NCBI GenBank assembly: GCA_951406725.2
Contig: OX597814.1
Location: 100,936,001 to 101,000,000, forward strand
DNA length: 64,000 bases
From: Octopus vulgaris
Taxonomy: Eukaryota
Direction: 5' to 3'
Position 1 is the stretch's first letter; every line of letters starts with the position of its first letter. The translations under genes and the position numbers were made by a program. Positions 1-14,095 of this stretch are shown piece by piece. Under the pieces are notes generated by a model. That model was given only the letters and a program-made list of their open reading frames with translations, did no database searches and was not told the origin of the DNA.

Positions 1-2660
1 CACACCACCCACCTACCTCCCACCCACCTACCTACCTCCCACACGCCTGTTCACACACACACATACGTAGACCCATCTACGTACATACATTCACACATTT
101 AATCACACACACTTACAGACACACATGCACATATACACACACATACATACACACACGCATACATACTTACACACACACACACACACAGACATACATACAC
201 ACATACACACACACATACATACGCACATACATACACACACACTCACACACACACACCGCACGTACATACCTCACACACACACACATGCACACATACATGT
301 AGGCACATACATACATACATACCCACACATGCACACCCGTACACTGAATGCACACACACATACACCTTTTTGCATCCAGGCAGCCCCCCTCTTTTCTGCT
401 TTCCGGTTTTGGCTGATGGATCCTCGGTTCCCGCGTAGCGGGGCGTTCGAGGGCCTTTGCGCTCGCGCGCCTTGGCGCGCGGTGGGGGCTCGGTCGGCCC
501 CTTTGGGCTTGCGTTGCACTGCTTGTGCGTTGTGTGCGTGAGCGCGCTTCGTGTGTGTGGGCTTGCTTCGGATGTGCGCTTGCGTATGCTTGCATACATA
601 CCCACACACTCGCATGCATCCCTACCCACATACATACACGCACACCTACTCACACACACACATACACACACACACATACCCGCACACACACACACATACA
701 TACATACACACACATACCCACTTCAGACATACACACACACAGACATACACCCATACACCCACACTCACACGCATACACACACACATACACACGCACACGT
801 ACACATACACACACACACACACCCACATACATACATTACACTTGTATACGCACACACTTACATTCATACACACACACACCTACACAGCCATACCCTCACT
901 CAGACACACACATCTACCTACACACACACAAACACACACTGACACACACCCATACATAGATACATCTACACACTCACGCCTACACACATACATACACACA
1001 TACATAAACACACACACATACACATACACACACATACGCACACACGCATATACTTATACACATGCACACACACACACATACATACACCCATATACATACA
1101 CACACACATACCTACATACTCCTATACGCACATACATACACACAGACATACACACATACACACTCACACAAACATACACACACACATACTTACACACACA
1201 CTCACCTGCACGCGCACACACATGCATGACAAACACTCATACACTCACACTCACATACGCACACACCAACATAAACACGCACACGCACACACACACCTAC
1301 ACTCCCACACACATACACACGCACCTACATACACACACGCACGCATACACACGCATACACACATACATTACACACGTACACACACACCTACATACACATG
1401 CACACACACACACACACAAACATGCACGGACACACCCAGACATACATACACCTATATACACACGCCTACACACCTACATACACACACATATACACACGCC
1501 CACACAGCTACATACACACACATACATACACACATACACGGACACACCCATACATACTTACATACATACACCTATACACACACGCCTACACACCTACACA
1601 CACACATGCACACACACACACATGTACGCACATACACACACATATACGCACACACATATATACCCACACACATGCACACACACACACATACGCACATACA
1701 TGCACGCATGCACACGCGCACACCTACACGCATACACACACACACACGCACGTACACATACATACATACACACACGCATACATACACCCATACACATACA
1801 TGCATCCTACACACACATACATACACACTCACACATACATACACACACACGCACTCACTCACACACCTGTATGTTCGCGCACACACATGCACATACACAC
1901 ACTTCCCCACACCCACACGTACATACATACACACTCATACACACATACACACACACACACACACACGGACATACATCTATGCACACACATATATACACAC
2001 ATACTCACATACATTCATCGGACACACTGCCACCCAGACATACACACAGACACACTCACACATCCACACGCACACATACGTACGCGCACACTCGCAGGCT
2101 CGCGCACACACGCGTTTGCGCCGGTTCACGCACGCATGCGCCCGCATGCACCTCGCCCTTGGACCCGACGAGACCTCCCGCCCGTTCCTGGGATGTCGCT
2201 TGTCGTTGGGTTTTCCCACGCCCGTCTCCGCGGGACCACTCTTCCAACTTCCCCTCCGCTGAGTCCTTTTCCTAACCCCCCCCCTTTTTTCGTTACACAC
2301 ACGCGCACACATATACACACATTGCTTAAACATATACATCACTCTTACACACATTCAATCTACTCGCCACTAATACTACCACGACACTGGACACACACAC
2401 ACACTACTACTCAACACACGCTGGCACGCTACATACGCCCCCACCCCTTCCCCTCCCTCCCTTCCTCCTTCCTCCCTTTTCTCACTACTGACCTTTGTCT
2501 GCTATGCTGCTGCTATGCTGACCACCGTCTCGCCCTACCTCACACGCCTACACACAGACGCACACACTAACACATACATATATTTTTTGTTTTTTTACCT
2601 CGCCTCACACACACACATACACACACGCACACGCACACACTCACACATACACACACATCT
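1..2660. repeat. Degenerate (CA)n/(CATA)n low-complexity tract with two GC-rich islands (~365-590, ~2085-2290)
   Basis: Almost entirely CA/CATA; all overlapping ORFs are His-Thr or Val-Cys repeats. The irregularity suggests a low-quality consensus. Confidence 0.85.
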
Positions 2661-2669
2661 GTTGCGTTA

Positions 2670-2949
2670 CCAACCTTGTCTCCACTCTTTTGCCTTTAAA
2701 AACCCACTTTGCTCTTGTTATCGTAAACATCCGCCTTTCACCATGTGCTACTGCTAACACCAGCCGTTTTTTTCTCTATCTCCGTTGCCCGCTCCGGGAT
2801 CTTTCTTTCCTCTCTCTTCCTTCTTTATGTTTCCGACGAAGAGCTCCGCTCGAAACGTCATACCTCCCTGCTTCCATTTCCTGAGCGCCTATTAATAATA
2901 ATACTGTAATTGTTCCCTTGTTGTTGTTTTTTTGTTTCCCGTTTGGATT

Positions 2950-2950
<1 letters not shown>
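2670..2950 (+). mobile_element. PLE pseudo-LTR remnant with hammerhead-like motif (~2828-2865)
   Basis: gttt-CCGACGA-aGAGC-tcc-GCTC-GAAAC-GTC: core, stem II and GAAA, followed by a pyrimidine-rich tail as in PLE LTRs. Confidence 0.6.
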
Positions 2951-3003
<53 letters not shown>

Positions 3004-3614
3004 GTGTGTGTGTGTGTATTTGTTAAATAGGACAACAAACGCTAAGTCAAGACAAGCATCTCAAGTCATATACGTTATTAGTTTTAGAAACTGGGATATC
3101 TCAAAATATGAGATATTCCGTCATCGGAGACAAATAGGGAAAATATGAAGGGTACAGATAAAGAAAACTTTGAAATACAGGACTGGAGAAAAAAGAAATA
3201 AGGAAATGAAGAAAAAAAAGCATAAAAATACACAGTTCAACTTTCCGATACTGTAGATGCTAGTCTATAATTCTTTAGGTACAATCCTATGTAAATCCAG
3301 GTATGATTATATCCTTCATACTGTAAATATCTATTGATAAACGCGATCATATCGATGGTTCGTAAGAGAATGATAGCAGAAGTGGCTATTGAGGGATAAA
3401 GAGAAATAATAAAAATTAAAATAAACGGAAAGAGAGAAAGGTATTGGTAAAGAAGCTGGCGGTACAGAGAGGGAAGGAGGAATGCAAGGACTATGAAGAA
3501 GGATAAAATAAGGAATATGAAATATAATGTACAAAAATAGACATCGAGATAAATAAATAAATGAATAAATAAATAAATAAATAAATAAATAAGGGTAAAT
3601 AAGGAGTAAATATA

Positions 3615-4028
3615 GGCGCAGGAGTGGCTGTGTGGTAAGTAGCTTGCTAACAAACCACATGGTTCCGGGTTCAGTCCCACTGCGTGGCATCTTGGGCAAG
3701 TGTCTTCTGCTATAGCCCCGGGCCGACCAATGCCTTGTGAGTGGATTTGGTAGACGGAAACTGAAAGAAGCCTGTCGTATATATGTATATATATATATGT
3801 GTGTGTATATGTTTGTGTGTCTGTTTTTGTCCCCCTAACATTGCTTGACCACCGATGCTGGTGTGTTTACGTCCCCGTAACTTAGCGGTTCGGCAAAAGA
3901 GACCGATTAAATAAGTACTGGGCTTACAAAGAATAAGTCATGGGATCGATTTGCTAGACTAAAGGCGGTGCTCCAGCATGGCCGCAGTCAAATGACTGAA
4001 ACAAGTAAAAGAGTAAAAGAGTAAGAGT
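3615..4028 (+). mobile_element. tRNA-derived SINE family A, full length
   Basis: A-box-like TGGCTGTGTGG, B-box-like GGTTCAGTCCC, TTGGGCAAGTG motif, internal (TA)/(TG) tract, (GTAAAAGA)n tail; many copies in the window; flanked by a 64-bp direct repeat. Confidence 0.9.
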
Positions 4029-4389
4029 ATCGAGATAAATAAATAAATGAATAAATAAATAAATAAATAAATAAATAAGGGTAAATAAGGAGAGAGGAGG
4101 AAGATAGCGTAAAAAACAAAACAAAATAAAGTAAAATAGAATGAAAGCTTCAAAGAGAATAGTAGATGCCAGTGCTGTTCTAGTTTTTAGGTGTTGGGGC
4201 AGGAAGTAAGTAGTAAGTGTATGTGTCCGTTTAATGACTAAGGTCAGTGGCTGCAGAAATATTTCTGGCTATGGGGACATAAGCGTGTAGGTAGTTAGGC
4301 GTGAATGGAGAAACCAGTTGATTGTCAAATTATTTAGGAACTAAGGATTAGGGGATCTATTAGGTTAAGGTTTAAAAAATTGAATAATA

Positions 4390-4554
4390 GGTGTAGGAGT
4401 GGCTTTGTGGTAAGTAGCTTGTTTACAAGCCATATGGTTCCGGGTTCAGTCCCATTGCGTGGCACCTTGAGCAAGTGTCATCTACTATAACCTTGGGCCG
4501 ACCAAAGCCTTGTGAGTGGATTTGGTAGACGGAGACTCAAAAAAGCCCGTCGTA

Positions 4555-4555
<1 letters not shown>
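4390..4555 (+). mobile_element. SINE family A, 5' half
   Basis: Matches 3615-3780 and ends in (TA)n. Confidence 0.85.
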
Positions 4556-4602
<47 letters not shown>

Positions 4603-4686
4603 AATGAATGTTTTTATATATAATGAACGTGAAATACAGGAAGGGACGAACACGGAACACAGACAAATCATTCGAAGCCTTCAATC

Positions 4687-4744
<58 letters not shown>

Positions 4745-4927
4745 GATCTTTTCTAAAAGATGGACAGAATTTTCTAGTTAACTAAACAATTTGAAACTTC
4801 GTATACTGGTAGAATGTGTCAAAAGAAAACATTAACTTCAACTAGATTTTTTGAGAAAATTGTATTTTGTAACTTTTACGTAGCTTAATTCTTCGAATTT
4901 TAACCAATGAAATCCCAGCATTTGACC

Positions 4928-4971
<44 letters not shown>

Positions 4972-4972
4972 C

Positions 4973-5005
<33 letters not shown>

Positions 5006-5281
5006 TTTTTTTTATTTATATTCCTGTAACATCGTCCGTTTTTCTGTCCTTGTTTCGTATATATTCGATCCTTTTTCCAAGAAATCTAATGCTCGTAGCT
5101 TAGTTTTTGCTTGGGGCTGGCCAGATCGGAGCAATCTCAAGATTAATCAGCCGAAATTGCGAGGATGATCCGGTTCTTGACTTAAGATTAGAGGCTTCGA
5201 ATGACCCGTCCGTTTTTTGCATCGTCTATTTGAATGTTTTGCGTTCTTGTCCCATTTTGTATTTTTATATATATTTTTTAT

Positions 5282-5383
<102 letters not shown>

Positions 5384-5394
5384 GTATATGTATG

Positions 5395-5590
5395 TGTGTC
5401 TGTGTTTGTCCCCCAGCATCGCTTGACAACCGATGCTGGTGTGTTTACGTCCCCGTAACCTAGTGGTTCGGCAAAAGAGACTGTTAGAATAAGTACTAGG
5501 CTTACAAAGAATAAGTCCTGGGGTCGATTTGCTCGAGTAAAGGCGGTACTCCAGCATGGCCACAGTCATGAAACAAGTAAAATAGTAAAT
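5395..5590 (+). mobile_element. SINE family A, 3' half
   Basis: Matches 3815-4010. Confidence 0.85.
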
Positions 5591-5704
5591 AATAGTTATC
5601 TTTTATAAGTAGTAATGTTCATAGAAAAGATATACAAGTGTATGTATCAACGACCATGGAGGTATGTATGTGAGTGTTATGTGTGTGTGTGTGTGGGGGG
5701 GTTA

Positions 5705-6140
5705 CACTTGGATTTATCGTAGAATTTAAAAGTGAAGAAAAATTTGTGTTTACACGTTGTAAAGTATTCGTTGTGTTTGTTGAGTAATTGTGGTGAATTA
5801 TGGGTTGATATTTTGAGGGCTTCTTTTAGGTAGAATCAACAAGTGGAGTGCTGGCCCTGATATGGGATGCCAGAATCTATTATAGCCCAGGGTAACTTAT
5901 ATTGTATTTTTCTATTAATAAGAATGTGTATGTAACTGGCTATTGGTGTGGAATTGCTATGCTCTTTACATTTAAATGAGTTTAAATGTGTATAATATCT
6001 TTGCTTAAAATTAGCCGTTGATCTAATATAGTAGCTATCGGAGTTGTTGGATATGTTGTGGATGGTGCATTAGTATACCATGTTGAATCTTCTGCATTAG
6101 GCTTGCAGCGGGCAGTCGGTCGCAAATCTGCAGCTGCAGC
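5705..6140 (-). pseudogene. PLE GIY-YIG endonuclease remnant (Cys-rich, Naiad-like)
   Basis: Minus-strand translation SCSCRFATDCPLQA*C..MVY*C...YYIRSTANFKQRYYTHLNSF...W.II...LKEALKI...LLNKHNEYFTTCKHK, with several stops. Confidence 0.8.
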
Positions 6141-6471
6141 TATCATCATCTAAGATGGTTAGTTGGAGTGAGGCATGAAGTAGTGCTATTTGCAGACAAT
6201 GTATGTATATGGTCGAACGCTTTCGATGTTCGTGTGAGTACGTATATATATTTGTGCTTATATGCTTCAGAATATTTACGTTGAAAAGAGCAGTATTTTA
6301 TTACTTTTACCTGGGTATTAGTCCGATACACAATTAGCTGGAAAATTGTATATATTGTTTCTCATCTATCCGTTTACAACCTGTGCTATAGGCGGACGCT
6401 TTATGTCCTTGTCTCGCCCGCAAAGCTACTATACTCTATGTACTGCCTTTATGGCAAATATAATGAAATAA

Positions 6472-6624
6472 AGTAGCTTACTTCCAAACCACTTGGTTCC
6501 GGGTTCAGTCCCACTGCGTGGCACCTTGGGCAAGTGTCTTCTACTATAGCCTTCGGTTGATCAAAGCCTTGTAAGTGGATATGGTCGACGGAAACTGAAA
6601 GAAGCTCGTCGTATACATACACAT

Positions 6625-6717
<93 letters not shown>

Positions 6718-6950
6718 CATATACATATATATGTTTGTGTGTTTGTGTTTGTCCCCTCCCTCGCTTGACAACCGATCCTGATTTGTTTACGTCCCTGTGA
6801 CTTAGCGGTTCGGCAAAAGTTACCGCCAGAATAAATACTCGGCTTACAAAGAATAAGTCCTGGGTATCGATTTGTTCGAATAAAGCCGGTGCTCCAGCAC
6901 GGCCGCAGTCAAATGACTGAAACAAATAAAGGAGTAAATAATAAAGAATA
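6472..6950 (+). mobile_element. SINE family A, nearly full length
   Basis: Colinear with 3615-4028, with an expanded internal microsatellite. Confidence 0.9.
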
Positions 6951-7015
6951 CTCTCTGACGCTCTAATGATTATAGTCCTTCAGTGCTATATTAATCATTA
7001 TTGAAGTATAAGAAA

Positions 7016-7236
7016 GGCGCGGCGAGCTGGTAGAAACGTTAGCACGCCGTACAAAATGCCTAGCTGTATTTCGTCTGTCTTTACGTTCAAAGTTCAAATT
7101 CCGCCGAGGTCGACTTTACCTTTCATCTTTTCGGGGTCTATAAATTAAGTACTAGCTGCATACTGGGGACGATCTAATCGACTGTCCCTCTCCCCAAAAG
7201 TGTCGGGCCTTGTACCTAGAGTAGAAAAGATTATTT
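7016..7236 (+). mobile_element. tRNA-derived SINE family B (Meta/MESC-like central domain)
   Basis: GGCGAGCTGG head, GTTCAAATTCC B-box, GAGGTCGACTTT..CTTTCATC.TTTCGGGGTC.ATAAA domain; several copies. The domain name is from memory. Confidence 0.85.
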
Positions 7237-7239
7237 AAG

Positions 7240-7640
7240 CACAAGGTCAGTAATGTTCAAGGCATGGAGTTAGTATCGACGTCAGTACATGACCAGTAGT
7301 TTATTTTGTCGACCCAGCAGAAATGAAAAGCTAAGTTGACTTCGATGAGATTTGAATTCATTATGAAAATAGCCGGAACAAATACTGCAGAGTCTCTTGT
7401 TCGACACTCTTATGATTCTGTCTATTTTCTACTTTAATGATGATCATTTTTCTAACATAGATCCAAGGACAGAAATTTCAAGTGAGATACTAGAGAATCA
7501 ATTTGGCTTCCGTGCTTCACTTTATCCAACCCGGAAGGAGAAAAGGTTGAGTCGACTCCTGTGGTATTTTGAATACAAAGCTTAAGAGCCGGAACAAATA
7601 ATGCAAGACAAATTCATCACATACTCAAATGCTTCTGCCG
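7240..7640 (-). mobile_element. Two diverged family-B-like SINE remnants
   Basis: Degenerate reverse complements of the central domain (atgaaaagctaagttgacttcg; gaaaaggttgagtcgactcc). Confidence 0.55.
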
Positions 7641-8134
7641 ATCCATCACCGTAATAAAACATGATAATAGCAAAAAAAAAAAAAAAAATACTAGTAATAA
7701 TAATGATTGTAGAAAAGATAATGGAAAAGACAGAAACTAGTAGTAAATGGATAAACGATTAAATGTATAACTAGATAAAAGGGAGAAAAATGAGATAATA
7801 GAAAATACATAGAGAGAAATATATAAATGCAACCAGCAACAAGGGAAATCAGTCGAGTCCTAAAAAATTCATTCTTTACTATACTACAAAGACTTCTCTA
7901 CATATACCCGAGAGGTTACCTCCCTTAATTAATGGCCTTGTTTATGTATGTACGTGTGTAATCTTGTTTATATATATGTACGTATACGTAACATATGTGT
8001 ATAAGAATTACACAAGCACACTCTCGTTCTCCCTTTCTGTCTCTTTCACACACGTACATATATATATATATATGTATACTGACACACAAACGTACGCTTA
8101 TGTGTGTGATTGTGTGTGTGTGTACATATATATA

Positions 8135-8195
<61 letters not shown>

Positions 8196-8646
8196 GACAG
8201 AGAGACAGGCATACAGACAGACAGACAGACAGGCAGGCAGACAGGCAGACAAGTGATTATGCAAAATCGGTAGAATAAATAAAGTAGAGGATTCCTTTCT
8301 GCTGAAATCAGTCAACCGTGGTCAGAATTGGATTTGATCACCCATTTCCATTTTCCCTCAGCTTTAGAAACCCCCTCACAAACAACATGTCACGAAGACA
8401 TCCTATGAATTTATCAAAGACTGAGGACCTGGAGAATGAGCATAGAATATGTATGTATGCGTGTGTGTATGTATGTATGGTTGTGTGTATATATATATAT
8501 GCTTGCATTTATGTGAATATTGTATTTGTAAACACGTAAAATACAAACATGCCCACACATTTAAAGATCGGTCACTGACAAAGACAAATATACGTACACA
8601 CATACACACGCTCGTTAATATATATTTATATGAGTGTGTGATGACT

Positions 8647-8690
<44 letters not shown>

Positions 8691-8929
8691 ATTTATATCC
8701 ACGTGTAAACGGCTACTTTCCCCAGAAAAGGGAAGATTTAGCTACTATTTCTTGCACGCCTGCTTCCACTTAACAGGTATTTCGGGTCCGTTATCGCAAA
8801 TAGTTGATATGTGGTAGCCGGGTGTGCTAGAAATAGTAGCCAAATCTTTGGAGCTGAGCTACGCTGAATGCACTCGAAAATTTTTTGTTATGATATTCTT
8901 TTGGGCGATCTTTTGCTTTGACTCTCAGA

Positions 8930-9452
8930 ACTGTCATACGGATCAGCTGGTTTTTGTTCGTTAATTTTCGTAAAAATTCTGATTTATTTACTTTTATTTT
9001 CAAGTGAAAGAGAGGAAAAGTGAAAGATGTATGAATAGGTATATGAAATGGACGTGTGTGTGTGAGAGAGAGAGAGAGCCACTTACACATACATGAGAAC
9101 ACACTCGTTCACTCACTCTCTCTCTCTCTCACTCTCTCTCTCTTACTCTCTCTCTCTCTCTCTCTCTTTCACACACACATATGCACACGTACATGCACAA
9201 TGATGTACGCATATGTATTGATGGATGTACGTCTACATAACAACACACCCCTTCACTAATTCACTCTCTCTTTCTCTCTCTTACTCTTTCTCTCTCTCTC
9301 TCTCTCTCTCTGTCTTTCACACACACACATACACACACACGTTCATTTCATATACACGTACATATGTCTTTCACTTTCTCCTCTCTCTCACTTTAAAACA
9401 GAATTAAATAAATAAAAATTTCTTACGAAAATTAACGAACTCCGGATGACAA
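8930..9452. repeat. Fold-back inverted repeat (arms ~8930-9080 and ~9300-9452)
   Basis: gttcgttaattttcgtaa...gtgaaagagagg..agtgaaaga pairs with tctttcact..cctctctctcac...ttacgaaaattaacgaac. Confidence 0.75.
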
Positions 9453-10040
9453 GCGGAAGATCACCATTCTCTTGAAAATAATTTAAAGAAAAACATTAAA
9501 ATAATGTCTATTTAAAGAAAGCTAAAATATAAATACTTACTGTACAGACGACTTACATTTTTGAAATCACGTTGTTAAACATATTTCTATAGAGGGCGCC
9601 AAAAAGTCGACGGATTATTTTCTTAGAGAGCACGAAGACTATGTGTGTGTATATGTCACAGATAGCAGACGTTTGTTTGTGTTGATTGACACGCCATGAC
9701 AGTCATTATATATGTATATGTATTCTATGTATACGTATTCTATATGTGTATATGTGTAATGATGGAAGCCATGTATTTTTTTTCTTTTCGTGAAGAAATA
9801 ACAAACAAAAATTGTGTTTAATCGTTTTCATTAATAAACAGAGGTCCAAATGTCACAAAAATTTGTACTGCACTGCCGAAGGTAAGTATGAAAATAAATA
9901 TATAAAAAAAAAGGTTAAGATGAAATATACTATTTCTGAGATATTTCGGGTACACACAAACATCACTAGGGTTTTAGTATTACTAAGTTGTGCGTGTGTT
10001 TGTGTGTATGTATATATATGTAAATATATATATACATGCA

Positions 10041-10126
<86 letters not shown>

Positions 10127-10554
10127 TGTATGTACTTATATATTGAGAGCGAGAGACATGGACATACATTATATATATGTGTGGGAATATATACAGATCT
10201 ATAGACACACACATACACACATATTATATATATTAACATATAATGCTCTAGAAAGGTATAACATTTGGGTATGGCCAAAGCGACTCTCAACCCAAGTTTC
10301 AGTTTATCTACATTCTATGATTGTTGTCTTAAGTAAGATCTAAATTCTGCAGGTGTTGATGATTCAGGTGTCGCATCGGTAAACTAATGTGTGGGCTCGA
10401 AATAAGCAGACAACAAAAAGAGCTTATCACACCTTTAAATATGTGAGAATCTCCTTCTCTTCTAATACACGCGCGCGCACACACACATACATGTATGTAT
10501 GGAGAATTCATTTCACTTTATTAATCTTAACCAGAACGAAATAACATATGTGTG

Positions 10555-10955
10555 TGTGTGTCCTCGTAACTTAATGGTTCGGCAAAAGAGACCGTAGGAT
10601 AAGTTCTAGGAATTTTCTAGAATAAGTCTTCGGGGCGATTTCTTCCACTAAAACAATCTAAGATGGTGCTCCAGCATGGCTGCAGTCAAACGGCTGAAGC
10701 AAGCAAAAGAATAAAAGAGTAAAACAATGTATGTGTGTGTTTCTTAGTGTCTGTGAGTGATCCCCTCACACCCAACCTCTTGACAACTGGTGCTGGTGTT
10801 TGGGTCCCAGTAACCTAGCGATTGGACATTAGACACCGATAGAACAAATACCAAGCTTTTAAAAATAAGCACCGGGCTCGATACATTCGACTAAAAATTG
10901 TTGAAGTCGGTACCCCAGCATGGCCGCAGTGTGATAACTGACAAAAGTAATAGAT
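10555..10955 (+). mobile_element. Two diverged SINE family A 3' halves in tandem
   Basis: gtaactta..ggttcggcaaaagagacc and ccagcatggc.gcagt motifs, repeated. Confidence 0.75.
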
Positions 10956-10982
10956 AAATGATATATGTTTGCATGTATATAA

Positions 10983-11014
<32 letters not shown>

Positions 11015-11145
11015 CTGCGTGTGTGTGTTTGTGTGTGTGTGCGTATGTTTGTGCACCAGTGTGCGTGTGTATGTGTGTGTGTGTAGATATACATAGACAT
11101 ACACGCAGCTATGTACATTAAACGCACATATCTATATAGCTACAG

Positions 11146-11200
11146 ATGCTCAGGCCGACAGCCGCATATATCTTTTATATATTGTTGTCGGCCTGTGCAT
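11146..11200 (+). other. 55-nt hairpin (25-position stem)
   Basis: ATGCtCAGGCCGACAGC...GTTGTCGGCCTGtGCAT; 3 mismatches, 2 G-U pairs, 5-nt loop. Confidence 0.6.
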
Positions 11201-11732
11201 ATTTTTATCTGAATAGTATGCTTAGAGACCCACACGTATGTCGTGTGCGTATTTCTATACGGATTAAGAAACTCAAATAGTCCGATTGACCAAGCCCAAC
11301 GAACACAGTTATAAAACAATCAAATAGTAAACAAAACACGCTATTAATCAGAGTATATGTAACCATTCGGAATAGTTATGGTCTTTTCGAACAAACAACG
11401 AATGAAACGAAAGTTAAAATATTAAGCGAGTATAAATGAGCGTGTGTATATGTATGAAAGCCTAAATGTGGGAGTTGATATAAACATTTAGGACGGATGA
11501 TAAAGACATTTTATATTATATGTACAGGCACATACATACATACATACATGTGTATACACTCATATCCGACACCTCTTTATCTATCTGTCTGACTGTCTGT
11601 CTTGCTGTCTGTCTGTCTTGCTGTCTGTCTGTCGCTGTCTGTCTGTCTCTCTCTCTCTAACTCTCTCACTTTCCCACTCTCTCTCTCTCTCGCTATATAT
11701 ATATATATATATAAGTATGCGTATATACACAC

Positions 11733-11780
<48 letters not shown>

Positions 11781-11804
11781 TGTGTGTATATATATATATG
11801 TTTG

Positions 11805-11836
<32 letters not shown>

Positions 11837-11871
11837 TGTATGTATGTATGTACGTATATCAATATATATGA

Positions 11872-11946
<75 letters not shown>

Positions 11947-12269
11947 CATGCCTTCGTGTATATATATACATTTCACTTCCTCTCTACACATGTATATGTG
12001 TGCGTGTGCGTACACGCACACGCATGAACGTATAATGTAGGAAGTGTGCATGCTTCTGTTTCTGTGTGTGGTGGTGCTGGTGCGTGGCGAGGGGATGATT
12101 GTCTCTGAGCGTGTGTATGCTTTTTCTGCGAAAAATGTTTTATAAACATTACATTCTGTTTACATTTCTTTGCCGAAACACTAATATACTTCCCATAAAG
12201 ACCGGCCATAAGTCTATCACAACCGCTTCAACTTCATCAACATCAGTAACAGAGACTCGTGTCTCTGCT

Positions 12270-12405
12270 ACTGCTCTTGCTGCTGCTGCTGCTGCTGCTA
12301 CCACCACCACTACTACTGCTACTACTACTACCACCATCATCACCACCAACAACAATACTACCAGCTCCACCAGCAGTACTACTATTGCTACTACTACTAC
12401 TACTT
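12270..12405. repeat. Compound (GCT)n/(ACC)n/(ACT)n microsatellite
   Basis: Direct inspection. Confidence 0.9.
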
Positions 12406-12530
12406 ATTTAGTGGAAGTTTTAAAAATTTATGAAGTTATATTCGTTGTAATTTCTGTCACGCTTTGGCGTAAGAAGTACTTATCACGGACATTGATTTGC
12501 ATGCATACATGCATGTGTGTATATATATAT

Positions 12531-12779
<249 letters not shown>

Positions 12780-12950
12780 ATATATATATATAAACACATA
12801 TATGTATATATATATTATATATATAATGCATATCAAGTTCATACATATATTTATATAAATTATAACAAGCTTACATATATTATACACACATATATATATA
12901 ATGTATATTAAGTTTATATATATGTGTGTACGTGTGTGTGTGTCTGTGTG

Positions 12951-13345
12951 TATGTGGTAAGTAGCTTGCCTACCAAATACATGGTTCCAGGTTCAGTCCT
13001 ACTGCATGGCACCTTGCGCATGTGTCTTCTACTATACCCTCTGGCCGACCAAAGCCTTGTGAGTTGATTTGGTAGACGGAAATTGAAAGAAGGTCATCGT
13101 ATATATATGTGTGTATGTGTGTGTGTGTGTGTGTGCGTGTGTGCGTGTGTGCATGTGTGCGTGTGTGTGTGTTTGTCTCCCCCCACCATTGCTTGACAAC
13201 CGTAAGTTTGCGGTTCGATAAAAGAGACCGATACAATAAGTACTAGTCTTACAAGGAGTAAGTCTTGGGGTCGATTTGCTCGAGGAAAGGCGATGCTCCG
13301 GCATGGCCGCAGTCAAATGACTGAAACAAATAAAAAATAAAAGAA
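12951..13345 (+). mobile_element. SINE family A
   Basis: Colinear with 3615-4028, with a small internal deletion. Confidence 0.9.
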
Positions 13346-13509
13346 TATATATATAATAAATATCAAGTTTATATATATTATGTGTATATATAAATTTACT
13401 TTATATATATATATATGTATATATATGATACTAATGATATTAGGGAGTAAATCCAAACTTACAGGGAAAAATTAGATTTAAGATTAAATCTAATTTTACA
13501 GTATAAATA

Positions 13510-13834
13510 TAAATTAAATTAGAGATAAAACCACTATTGGGCAAATCAAACAGTGAAAAACATAAACCAAAGTAGAAATAAAATTAATTAATATAATATA
13601 CAAAATATATAAAATATAAAATTCAAAATTTAAATGAATTAAATATAAAGTTAAAAACTTAAAATTATTAATTTATATTAATAAATTTATATATATATAT
13701 ATTTAATTAATTTATTTATTAAATATATATAACTATCAAAAAGTATAAAAAGTAATATAAGATATTATATTTTCATCTTATATTACTTTTTATACTTTTT
13801 GATAGTTATATATATTTAATAAATAAATAAATTA

Positions 13835-13916
<82 letters not shown>

Positions 13917-14080
13917 TAATAATTTTTAATTTTTAACTTTATTTTTAATTAATTTAAATTTTGAATTTTATATTTTATATATTTTGTATATTATATTAAT
14001 TCATTTTATTTCTATGTTTTGGTTTATGTTTTTCACTGTTTGATTTGCTTCATAGTGGTTTTATCTCTAATTTAATTTAT
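13510..14080. repeat. Large AT-rich fold-back palindrome centred ~13770
   Basis: attagagataaaaccactat..caaatcaaacagtgaaaaacataaacc pairs with ggtttatgtttttcactgtttgatttg..atagtggttttatctctaat; the inner arms also pair. Confidence 0.85.
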
Positions 14081-14095
14081 ATATTTATATATATA

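Noticed and set aside
365-590. GC-rich island as CpG promoter or rRNA piece
   Set aside because: No recognisable motif; embedded in noisy low-complexity sequence that may be an unpolished read.
125-2570. Long His/Thr-rich and Val/Cys-rich ORFs (up to 574 aa)
   Set aside because: Translations of (CA)n; open in several frames because the repeat lacks stop codons.
3080-3130. Hammerhead on the minus strand (CCGATGA + long stem II)
   Set aside because: GAAA is missing after stem II; at most a decayed remnant.
5705-6140. Selenocysteine recoding, as reported for some Naiad PLEs
   Set aside because: Two stops are TAA, and the TGA follows rather than replaces a Cys, consistent with CGA>TGA decay; no SECIS recognised.
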